Under the pieces are notes generated by a model. That model was not told where the DNA came from. It was given only the letters and a program-made list of their open reading frames with translations, and did not search any database. A stretch of DNA of 64,000 bases from the IMG/VR virus record IMGVR_UViG_3300034072_000926, positions 248,001 through 312,000 of that record; one strand, written 5' to 3'. Positions 57,401 through 64,000 of this stretch are shown here, piece by piece (within the stretch, counting starts at the first letter, position 1; each line of letters opens with the position of its first letter). A program made the position numbers and the translations under genes.

Positions 57401-58006
57401 GATACGACAAATTACGCCATTTTCCATAAGCCAGAACTGTTCCCAATTCTGCGATCCGTTATTCCACACGATGGTGCCATCTAGCGCACCATTAGGTTCT
57501 GATCCTTCACTGATCTGGTTACCATTGAGTGCATAATAGTTAACCTTTTTAGTGCCATTGTAGAATGGACCTTCGAAGAACACCACGAGATCCTGATTAA
57601 TCTGAGTGCTACCCCAGCTGGAAGAATTGATAGGAGTCTCGGTGCCGTTCGGGCTAACCATCTGGTGATAACCAGAGTTATTGGTTCGTGGCAAATCAGT
57701 TGGAAGGAAATTGATAAACCGACTCTTCAACGACAAGCGAGTATCGCCAGAATTGGCCACAACTGCAAAGCAAGACGGAGAATCATTATAGGTATAGTCA
57801 ATGAATCGGTGACTCTTAGCAGCAGGAGCCACTACGTCGATCTGGATAGTATCACCGGAGACTAGATTGATTGGGCGAGCAGAAGTTGCTGTTCCGTTTA
57901 CACGAACAGGAAATGAAGACGCGACATCAATGACACAGGTTTCATCTGCGACAAACGAAGACGTTACTGTAGAATTGGGTGTTGCGATTGAAATGGAATT
58001 GAACAT
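54467..58006 (-). CDS. Large virion structural protein
   Basis: 1179 aa, beta-rich repeats, cluster context. Confidence 0.75.
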   Translation of the reverse strand: MFNSISIATPNSTVTSSFVADETCVIDVASSFPVRVNGTATSARPINLVSGDTIQIDVVAPAAKSHRFIDYTYNDSPSCFAVVANSGDTRLSLKSRFINFLPTDLPRTNNSGYHQMVSPNGTETPINSSSWGSTQINQDLVVFFEGPFYNGTKKVNYYALNGNQISEGSEPNGALDGTIVWNNGSQNWEQFWLMENGVICRIDKSYGKTNGTAVMTNAKCIFSDTVTLFVGGVNFLNIMSDINAIGRTIALVDETVYGGEAIGNGFILTTNKGNVYKSTPTGIEVLYHAQMVGRPTKFKNQYIVPVPTEWAIRVYDANFDLVKTIDTGDRIPMYARAGRNSFSVSFASSHDAAIFTSVDEDPAYRTFSRDSTFSVPGGDNLFSSTRFDDYEMVIPANPPVYNVNPTPKNTPTEVDVGSGEFTVSTLGENLPVYVSPNAQLLLNGLKVTDGIVNAGSKIAMYGRSTEGRTNLVMIVGYFAYDMKVNAIPGEFVSRYVDIPNIFMTAQAVFNVVVPEEVDNAPIAISHGSMTVNGVTHDGLTRVNAGDVLAITIDVPTGLNSYYGMLSFADAQYALVVNTAAETIKDTQRYRDFGDLETYSTITVDSTDTFDLPNYTNVKVTRNDEELSFPVELTEGDEITIRHVRASGVWYDRRDTVLIGIGTNYIVRSFSYVDDVPDEMDFGIVHNGIPDFEYDGDLFPEVLGLTEGYSIEIFHPRMTFSVNGGPFEVRPTVKNGDTVQARYNVKNFFETQWAKTLLSDGETEYEFGFLNIDPTLGQFMPPLSDVHPVDTDWLQVWEHPSESAERNIIPLVTTQKETNSSGGYFSRHQTGFGPVKNPLLMIGTRAEADASKGAYNTASVPIAKVDRTIIYANIRSAISTLAFGATSATDGRIIATEKMRPSRSIDTQTKRTARLSTFRSIETQTKSPKHLFENQKLIASEDEKDPVYGFQNFENTDIEVIPVYSHEMSFGKAASYQIFIPVFDFEASVLPTRVTPFYAYLNDPSDRIYEPEWLYVNEENPYWTADSIWFKPLAAQHLGYNAGWVRSYKHLEYQDIFGTADTVDNEIEVIIESKPVPTASVAAVYSPSVMYAGVSVASKEVKAKATPELYSASSNVSTAGGFETEDAAEEAAILYSQDKPYEVYQQPEGSFSFIVKRDTGLVCEVKNAGFTVVAWLIGGG

Positions 58007-58026
58007 CTATATCACCCAAAGAAATA

Positions 58027-58054
58027 ATCTGGGGAGGATTAGCCCTCCCCAGAT
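58027..58054 (-). terminator. Rho-independent terminator
   Basis: 11-bp stem ATCTGGGGAGG, then TATTTCTTT on minus strand. Confidence 0.75.
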
Positions 58055-58061
58055 ACTTAGC

Positions 58062-59369
58062 TTAGTCGATGCCGCCGCCCTGTTCCAGGATCATGACGCG
58101 CATACCGGTGTTAGCTGGACCGTTTGCGTGAAGTGCCCTGTAGGTTCGAGCAGCCGATTCGCCGTAAACAGTTAGTTCAACCGAAGTATTCTGCGAGACA
58201 ACGTCTGCTGAAGTGGTTGCCATCATGTCTAGTTCGTGCGGGTAACGATAGCGTGAGGAATTCAAACGGGATGGGAAAGTAATGATATATTTGCCATCTT
58301 CCGAAAGAGAAACCTGGTTCTCAATGTTCAGAATTGCTTCTGCGTCTTCTGAGTCTACTGAAGCGTCGATTCGCGAGCTTGGACGCATGATGTCCGATTC
58401 ACGAACCACAAACCTCCAGAACTTGTTACCGACTGCATTAACACAGAACACTGGTGCCTTACCGTCAATAACGGTTTCACCAGTGGTGCGATCAACTGGA
58501 CGCTGAACTAGAACCCAATTGAAATACATCGAACCTTCCTGGGTGGTCGATTCTTCCCAAACACCAAGCCAGAAGCCGCGGTTAGTAATAACCAGGCGGT
58601 AGGACATTGGATATCCGAATGGGTTAGCAGAACCAATACGCTTGGTGCGGTTGATGAAGCACTTTAGGACGTTATCCTTCGAGTTATCATCGGTAACAGT
58701 AGCACCGGTAATGGAAACAGTAGCATCAGGTACCCACCTGAGGTTTTCGTTATCCAGGAAGTCTTCCTGCATGTATCCGCCTGCATTAGGGTTTTCGTCA
58801 CCAGCAACCCTATAACCAGTTACAATGCCCTTTGGAATGTAGGTGCCATCCTCTTCAAGACCTTCGTTAGCCTCGTAACCAGCAATGGTTGCACCCTTAG
58901 AAACAGTAGGCGAGGGCTTTGTTGTTGGATCGGTTGATGGCTTAGTGATTGGATCCAACGTAGCGTTGGTCAACTTTGCACCGGTGGTTCCGATGACATC
59001 GACTGGCTTCCAACCTGCACCCTTGGTAGGATCACCTGCAGCAAGTTCCTTATAGATAGGAAGCTTTTCAACATCATAAAGAGTTGTTGGCGAACCAGTG
59101 TGAATCAGAACCTGATGAGCACCCTGAATATCAACACAAACTCGCCAAGGCTGCTTTGTTGTGATCGCGCTACCATTGAGAGGATCGACCGTTGGACCTG
59201 CTTCCATGATAACACAGAAGTTTTCACCGGCCGATGCCTTATTGAAAGTTGGTTGACCATTAGACTGGTCAACCAGTGTGAAACCATTTGCCAACATATC
59301 GACAATAACTTCTGCAGCTAGTTCAGCGCCAGTAGCATAACCGTGGCGCTCAATTACAAAACCTGCCAT
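58062..59369 (-). CDS. Virion protein, paralog A
   Basis: MAGFVIER.GY..; 'YRLVIT.RGFWLGVWEE', 'RYRYPHELD' shared with next gene. Confidence 0.8.
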   Translation of the reverse strand: MAGFVIERHGYATGAELAAEVIVDMLANGFTLVDQSNGQPTFNKASAGENFCVIMEAGPTVDPLNGSAITTKQPWRVCVDIQGAHQVLIHTGSPTTLYDVEKLPIYKELAAGDPTKGAGWKPVDVIGTTGAKLTNATLDPITKPSTDPTTKPSPTVSKGATIAGYEANEGLEEDGTYIPKGIVTGYRVAGDENPNAGGYMQEDFLDNENLRWVPDATVSITGATVTDDNSKDNVLKCFINRTKRIGSANPFGYPMSYRLVITNRGFWLGVWEESTTQEGSMYFNWVLVQRPVDRTTGETVIDGKAPVFCVNAVGNKFWRFVVRESDIMRPSSRIDASVDSEDAEAILNIENQVSLSEDGKYIITFPSRLNSSRYRYPHELDMMATTSADVVSQNTSVELTVYGESAARTYRALHANGPANTGMRVMILEQGGGID

Positions 59370-59389
59370 TTTATTCTCCTATTGAGCTA

Positions 59390-60391
59390 TTAGATGCCAC
59401 CGCCGGACTTGAGGATAAGAACCCTCATGCCGATGTTATTGCCACCGTTTGCGTGAAGTGCCATATAGACACGATCTGAAGTCTCACCGTAGAAACGAAG
59501 TGGAACGTCACTATACTGAGAAACAACGTCTGCCGAAGTGATACCCATGATATCTAGTTCGTGTGGGTAACGATAGCGAGAAGTGTTCAGACGACTTGGG
59601 AAAGTAACGATGTATTTTCCATCCTCAGACAGAGACACCTGGTTCTTCGTATTGATCACCTGTTCCGAGTCATTGGTGTTAGAGTCAGCGGGACGACGCT
59701 TACCTGGACGAGTAATGTCCGATTCACGAACAGTGAACTGCCAATACTTGTTACCAACAGCGTTGACGCAGAATACAGGAGCCTTACCAGTGGACAAAAC
59801 AGTTCCAGTGATACGGTCAACTGGTCGCTGAACTAGCATCCAGTTGAAGTTGGTTGCGCTTTCAGTGGTGATTGCTTCTTCCCACACGCCAAGCCAGAAA
59901 CCACGAGGAGTGATAACCAAACGATAAGAAAGTGGATAGCTGGCACCCTTGTCCGCAACACGGGTAACACGGTTGATAAAACCTTTAGTAGCATCGTCGG
60001 CGGTTGGAGAGTAGACACCTTCGACGGTCAAACCGGTCGAACCAAGAGCATCACCAACACCTCCGATGATATCAGTAGCAACTGTAGCACTCGAACCGAG
60101 TTCAGTAGCAACCTTACCTTCATTAGTAAGCTGAGTTGGGGTAGCGACATATACCATCAAACGCTGTTCGTGCAATAGATCAAAAGTCACACGCCAAGGT
60201 TGAGTAGCGTTGAGTGGATCAACATTTGGACCTGCTTCGAGGGTTGCTCGAAATAGTTCAGTTCCGGTGGAAGGAATTTCGCCAGTGGGGAACTTCTTGA
60301 CGAAGCCATTTGCAATCATATCTGCGATCACTGCCCTAACGAGAGCGCCGGCGGTCGTATAACCGTTACGCTCGACAACAAAACCAGGCAT
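59390..60391 (-). CDS. Virion protein, paralog B
   Basis: MPGFVVER.GY..; same motifs; TAAATA at 60422. Confidence 0.8.
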   Translation of the reverse strand: MPGFVVERNGYTTAGALVRAVIADMIANGFVKKFPTGEIPSTGTELFRATLEAGPNVDPLNATQPWRVTFDLLHEQRLMVYVATPTQLTNEGKVATELGSSATVATDIIGGVGDALGSTGLTVEGVYSPTADDATKGFINRVTRVADKGASYPLSYRLVITPRGFWLGVWEEAITTESATNFNWMLVQRPVDRITGTVLSTGKAPVFCVNAVGNKYWQFTVRESDITRPGKRRPADSNTNDSEQVINTKNQVSLSEDGKYIVTFPSRLNTSRYRYPHELDIMGITSADVVSQYSDVPLRFYGETSDRVYMALHANGGNNIGMRVLILKSGGGI

Positions 60392-60439
60392 CTCTTTCTC
60401 CTTTATAGGAATTTCGTAACCTATTTACCGCTCTACCAT

Positions 60440-61147
60440 TTATGGTGTAACAGTATTTTCTTCCTCATCTTCGGCTGCTGTCTCTAGTGGAACATAGGTC
60501 AAAGTTAGAGTCACTGGACCTTCATCCTCTCCAACATTTGAAACTGTGAAGTAAATGTCATTCTTCGCAGGATCTTCGAAGTTAGCAAGAATAGAATAGT
60601 TGCGAGTGCGGAAGATAGTCCCATCGGCAAGTTTCTGGCTACCATCGTCGGTCAAATGATCCTCAGTAGCTAGGAATTCGTATGGATTTGGATCGTCCTT
60701 TGCAGCGGTGCTGAATGCCTTAACTCTTACTGGTCGGCTAACAGTAAGCCTTAGAACGATCACAGAAGTGCCTAGCGAAAGAGGAAATTCTACTTCGCTA
60801 TCAACAGCAAGAGTTTCAATAGTATGGATAACTACTGCTCGCCTCTGGACATCTCCAGGAGTGCCCGTGCCGTCATCGCCCCCGCCAAGCTTGAGCTCTT
60901 CCCAAGTTGCTGATTCAGTAACATCTGGAGTCTCAGGAGTAATCTGAACCAGGGTTGTGACTTTCCAAATCTTTCCATCATCGACCGTAAGGCAAAGCGC
61001 ACCTAGTTTAAGGTTCGAGATTGGAATAGAATCTCGATCCGTAATATCATTACGAACTTGGAGACCACCTTTTAGGTAGATGTCCTCCATCATATAATAA
61101 GTCTGGCCATTTTTTGGAGCAATATTACTGGCTAGCTGAACTGCCAT
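60440..61147 (-). CDS. Virion structural protein
   Basis: 'LASNIAPKNG..EDIYLKGG' N-terminal module, cluster context. Confidence 0.7.
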   Translation of the reverse strand: MAVQLASNIAPKNGQTYYMMEDIYLKGGLQVRNDITDRDSIPISNLKLGALCLTVDDGKIWKVTTLVQITPETPDVTESATWEELKLGGGDDGTGTPGDVQRRAVVIHTIETLAVDSEVEFPLSLGTSVIVLRLTVSRPVRVKAFSTAAKDDPNPYEFLATEDHLTDDGSQKLADGTIFRTRNYSILANFEDPAKNDIYFTVSNVGEDEGPVTLTLTYVPLETAAEDEEENTVTP

Positions 61148-61158
61148 AGCTGATCTCC

Positions 61159-62484
61159 TTAGTTAATCTGCCAGTGTGTAGAACCGAGGTTGTTATAATC
61201 GGTTCTGAAAAGGTTATATTGGACCGAAGATCCGTTGATGGTCAGTGTTACAACTCGAGGAACTGATCCAGTGTAGGCACCGTTGTTTGCCCACATTGCA
61301 CCGCCCCATCCGCCACCGAGCAACCCGGAGTCCCTATCGAGGAACTGCTGGTCGCTAGTAATACCGAAGCTCACCGGTGCTGCATACCAACCATACTGAC
61401 CAGAACCGATATTAACATCAAACTGGGTCGCCCTTGCAGTGGCTCCGACGGTTAGAGTTTGAACAAATGCTGCCCAATCAATTGCACTGTAGGTACCCGA
61501 CGGGATAGCAGCAGCACCATAGAATGCAGTTAGTGCGGGGGCCACGATGGTCACATTTCGAGTTGCAGTAACGGTCTGACCCTTGAAGGTGTAGCTTGCA
61601 CCAATGACACCAGAGGCGTTCGAACCTACAGTAGACGCAGTCAATACGTTAGCATTCAAGGTTCCGATTGAACCGCTCTGAATTGCAAAAGTAGTTGACG
61701 ACGTCACAACTTGAGTTGAACCATCGTTGAAAGTAGCGGTAGCGGCATAGGTTCCGGAACCTGCACTGTTGATGCTGGTAGGACCGCTTATTGACAAGCT
61801 AACAACTCTGAATGCGCGAATCTGCACGTCAGTTGATGCCGTGAAGTTCTTACCTGCACTGTCAGTATAGTTGGCGGTAACAGTTACAGTGGTGTCTTCA
61901 GCAACATCTGCTGCGGTCAATAGACCTGCGTTAGTAATTGTGCCAACACCCTGGAGACCAAGAGTATAATTGGCCTGAACAATCGCCGAGGTCTGAAGAA
62001 GTAGATCCAAGTATTCAACTGGAAGGCTGACTGACTTTGTTCCGTAGACGTATGTTGCAGGAGGCTGAACGAAACGGAAGTCCTTGAGGTTCAGCATTTC
62101 TTCAATCATTGCGCGAACAAGATCATAGTCTACTACACCAGCAGGACCCTGCGGGCCAGCTGGTCCAGCTGGACCCTGTGGTCCAGTATCGCCGCGATCG
62201 CCCTTAGGACCCTGTTCGCCAACGGTTACTGGAATTTCTTTGATGATAGTAGCAGCCGGAACGCTAGTTACTGACTTACCTGCACCAGTATAGAGTTTAC
62301 CATCGTTGGCTGTTGGATTAACAACAATCTCATTCGAGGTTGCTGCTGCCTGGCTCTGCGAGGTATTCTTCGTGGTGATCTTGGTAGAATTTTCCGCATC
62401 CTTGTTGGAAGGATCGGTATTTGTAGGTTGACCTGGAACGGGAAGATACGTTCCTGGATTGCTCGGAGTTGGGGTGTCAGCCAT
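61159..62484 (-). CDS. Fibre protein with short collagen and Ig-like domains
   Basis: Gly-X-Y run, 'ISGPTSI..Y.ATATF.DG'; N-terminus shared with 22191 gene. Confidence 0.75.
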   Translation of the reverse strand: MADTPTPSNPGTYLPVPGQPTNTDPSNKDAENSTKITTKNTSQSQAAATSNEIVVNPTANDGKLYTGAGKSVTSVPAATIIKEIPVTVGEQGPKGDRGDTGPQGPAGPAGPQGPAGVVDYDLVRAMIEEMLNLKDFRFVQPPATYVYGTKSVSLPVEYLDLLLQTSAIVQANYTLGLQGVGTITNAGLLTAADVAEDTTVTVTANYTDSAGKNFTASTDVQIRAFRVVSLSISGPTSINSAGSGTYAATATFNDGSTQVVTSSTTFAIQSGSIGTLNANVLTASTVGSNASGVIGASYTFKGQTVTATRNVTIVAPALTAFYGAAAIPSGTYSAIDWAAFVQTLTVGATARATQFDVNIGSGQYGWYAAPVSFGITSDQQFLDRDSGLLGGGWGGAMWANNGAYTGSVPRVVTLTINGSSVQYNLFRTDYNNLGSTHWQIN

Positions 62485-62523
62485 ATCGATCTCCTGGATG
62501 AGGATTTCTGATATTTAGCTGTC

Positions 62524-62787
62524 TTACTTCTTTGGGGTCACGCTCGAGAATGCGGGATTGGTTACCTTGTGCATTGCCCCACAAGTCGCGCAATAAAACT
62601 CCACCTGTCGGAAAATCATGTTCTCAGACTCGAATGAGGTCTTTGTATTGCACTTCTGGCATGTGAAAACCCAAGGCCCTAAAAGCATCTGCGGATTGTT
62701 TTTGACCGTCGAAACGGCGGGCTTCATGGCTAAATCGCCCCTTGATGCTTGAACAGCATTAGGAAAATGGATAATATTGTTGTCCAT
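62524..62787 (-). CDS. Zinc-ribbon protein
   Basis: CQKC..CATC; TAAATA at 62827. Confidence 0.7.
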   Translation of the reverse strand: MDNNIIHFPNAVQASRGDLAMKPAVSTVKNNPQMLLGPWVFTCQKCNTKTSFESENMIFRQVEFYCATCGAMHKVTNPAFSSVTPKK

Positions 62788-62935
62788 AGCCTAAATCACT
62801 CTTTACTCCTACTGGCTGCTCCCAGATATTTAGTGAGTGATTTCCAAAAGATTTCCATACACTTTTATTCCCAATCTAGGTGCTATAGGAATATTGCAAT
62901 CCTGAGATACGCTCGCTAACAAGGTATCGGAAAGG

Positions 62936-63187
62936 ATGTTTATGGAAGTCTTTATCAAACTCGGAGTGCTCTTCGGTTGCCTATTCACTTCGGCACTCTT
63001 TGTCGTTATGGTAGGCTGCATTCTGGTCCTAATTCTACTCCAGTGGCCTATATGGCGAGACAAAGCATCGCCGCTTTGGGCACGCTGTCTGATCTCCGTT
63101 GGTCTATTGGCTTCAACGTCAATGGGCGGCTTTTTGACCTACAAGACAGCACTCGTGATCTGGGATATGATGCAATATCTCCGATAG
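62936..63187 (+). CDS. Small membrane protein
   Basis: Two or three hydrophobic helices, GGA RBS. Confidence 0.6.
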   Translation: MFMEVFIKLGVLFGCLFTSALFVVMVGCILVLILLQWPIWRDKASPLWARCLISVGLLASTSMGGFLTYKTALVIWDMMQYLR

Positions 63188-63193
63188 TCTGAC

Positions 63194-63221
63194 TTGACAA
63201 CAGGTCATTAGGCTTTATAGT
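63194..63221 (+). promoter_or_regulatory. Sigma70-type promoter
   Basis: TTGACA-N16-TATAGT. Confidence 0.6.
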
Positions 63222-63251
63222 CGATTGAACACTTAACAGGTGAGATCGACT

Positions 63252-64000
63252 TTGGACCTTTTGAACCTTATATGGCGTGATCTTCATAACGCCCGTATCT
63301 GGAAAGATGCTCCGGTTCTCGCCCGAGATATCTATAAGGATCATTACGCTAACTATCGGCGCATCTTCCATCGTGCTCGTCCTTTTAACCTCGATTCTAA
63401 GGCGCTTCGGGTCGCCATCGAATTGTCGATGGAAGGCCCGGAGAAGATGGCGGATCGTCTCCTTCTTGCACGACTACCCTTTCCCGAAATGTGGATCGAA
63501 TTTGATCTACACGACAAGCTATTCATCGGCAACGAACTAGGCATCAGTCCCGGTCCGGCCGAAGACACCCCAAGTCGTATTGGCTACCTCTTGCAGGAAG
63601 ATCCTGGTGATCATCTTCGCTGGACTGCAACCACATGGGTGAGTGTAGATAGCATCCGTCAACCGGTCCATAAAGCGCATCGTGATGAAATGCTCACAAG
63701 TGTGGCCATGAATGCGTGGATGATCGACACTGAGAAGCGAGCAATCCCTGAACGAATTGGCGCGATCAATGGTGTAACTCGCCAAGAGATCGAGAGCGCA
63801 ATCAGTCTCAATATCAAGAACGGCGACTATACCAAGGATGATGCTTGGAGGGCTTTTGCTCATCTGGGATGGGGTTATGGCTCCACAATGGATGATGTTA
63901 AGGAAGCCTATGATGGTATTGATCCTATGCGCGTTTTGGGACAGGTCCCTCTGCTTCAGAACTCGATCAACGTCGGATGGGAGCCACTGAGCTATCAGAT
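63252..64000 (+). CDS. Hypothetical protein, truncated by window end (not in ORF track)
   Basis: TTG start with AGGTGAG RBS; open to 64000: MDLLNLIWRDLHNARIW..LARLPFPEMWIEFD.. Confidence 0.7.
   Translation, partial: MDLLNLIWRDLHNARIWKDAPVLARDIYKDHYANYRRIFHRARPFNLDSKALRVAIELSMEGPEKMADRLLLARLPFPEMWIEFDLHDKLFIGNELGISPGPAEDTPSRIGYLLQEDPGDHLRWTATTWVSVDSIRQPVHKAHRDEMLTSVAMNAWMIDTEKRAIPERIGAINGVTRQEIESAISLNIKNGDYTKDDAWRAFAHLGWGYGSTMDDVKEAYDGIDPMRVLGQVPLLQNSINVGWEPLSYQ

Noticed and set aside
63277-63863. Track ORFs 63277-63540, 63353-63568 and 63537-63863
   Set aside because: Better explained by one open frame from TTG 63252 to the window end, with RBS and promoter.
1-64000. CRISPR array, DGR, retron, transposase or integrase
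   Set aside because: No identical repeats with unique spacers, no RT or transposase motifs, and no adenine-specific template/variable repeat pair seen by eye.
1-64000. Stop-codon reassignment
   Set aside because: Known genes are full length in code 11; TAA, TGA and TAG all end genes with normal spacing; no suppressor tRNA.

Overview
This 64-kb window is a gene-dense segment of a large T4-superfamily-like (jumbo) tailed phage genome, mostly coded on the minus strand. No rRNA, CRISPR array, transposase, integrase or reverse transcriptase is visible. Content: (1) replication genes: family-B DNA polymerase, probable sliding clamp, clamp-loader subunit, NAD+-dependent ligase, a 178-aa DnaE fragment and an HNH endonuclease; (2) two virion fibre/baseplate-type clusters (about 11-22.7 kb and 50-62.5 kb) with collagen, coiled-coil, LamG and Ig/cadherin modules; (3) proteostasis and translation genes: ClpA, ClpP, peptide deformylase, DnaJ, GroES-like, IF-1 and three tRNAs; (4) nucleotide-pool enzymes: two MazG-like, two HAD, a NUDIX, dCMP deaminase, and PhoH; (5) many small accessory ORFs. 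A TAAATA box lies 20-50 nt upstream of at least 17 genes. The most interesting observations are an accessory protein carrying a copy of the T4 'Gol' segment of the major capsid protein, a free-standing tail-sheath C-terminal domain, a 13-member dispersed paralog family ending in F-x4-A-x2-FKL-x-W, and two strongly base-paired intergenic RNA candidates (a pseudoknot in front of the HNH gene and a 150-nt multibranch element with a self-complementary loop). All protein assignments come from motifs recognised by eye; no searches or folding programs were run.
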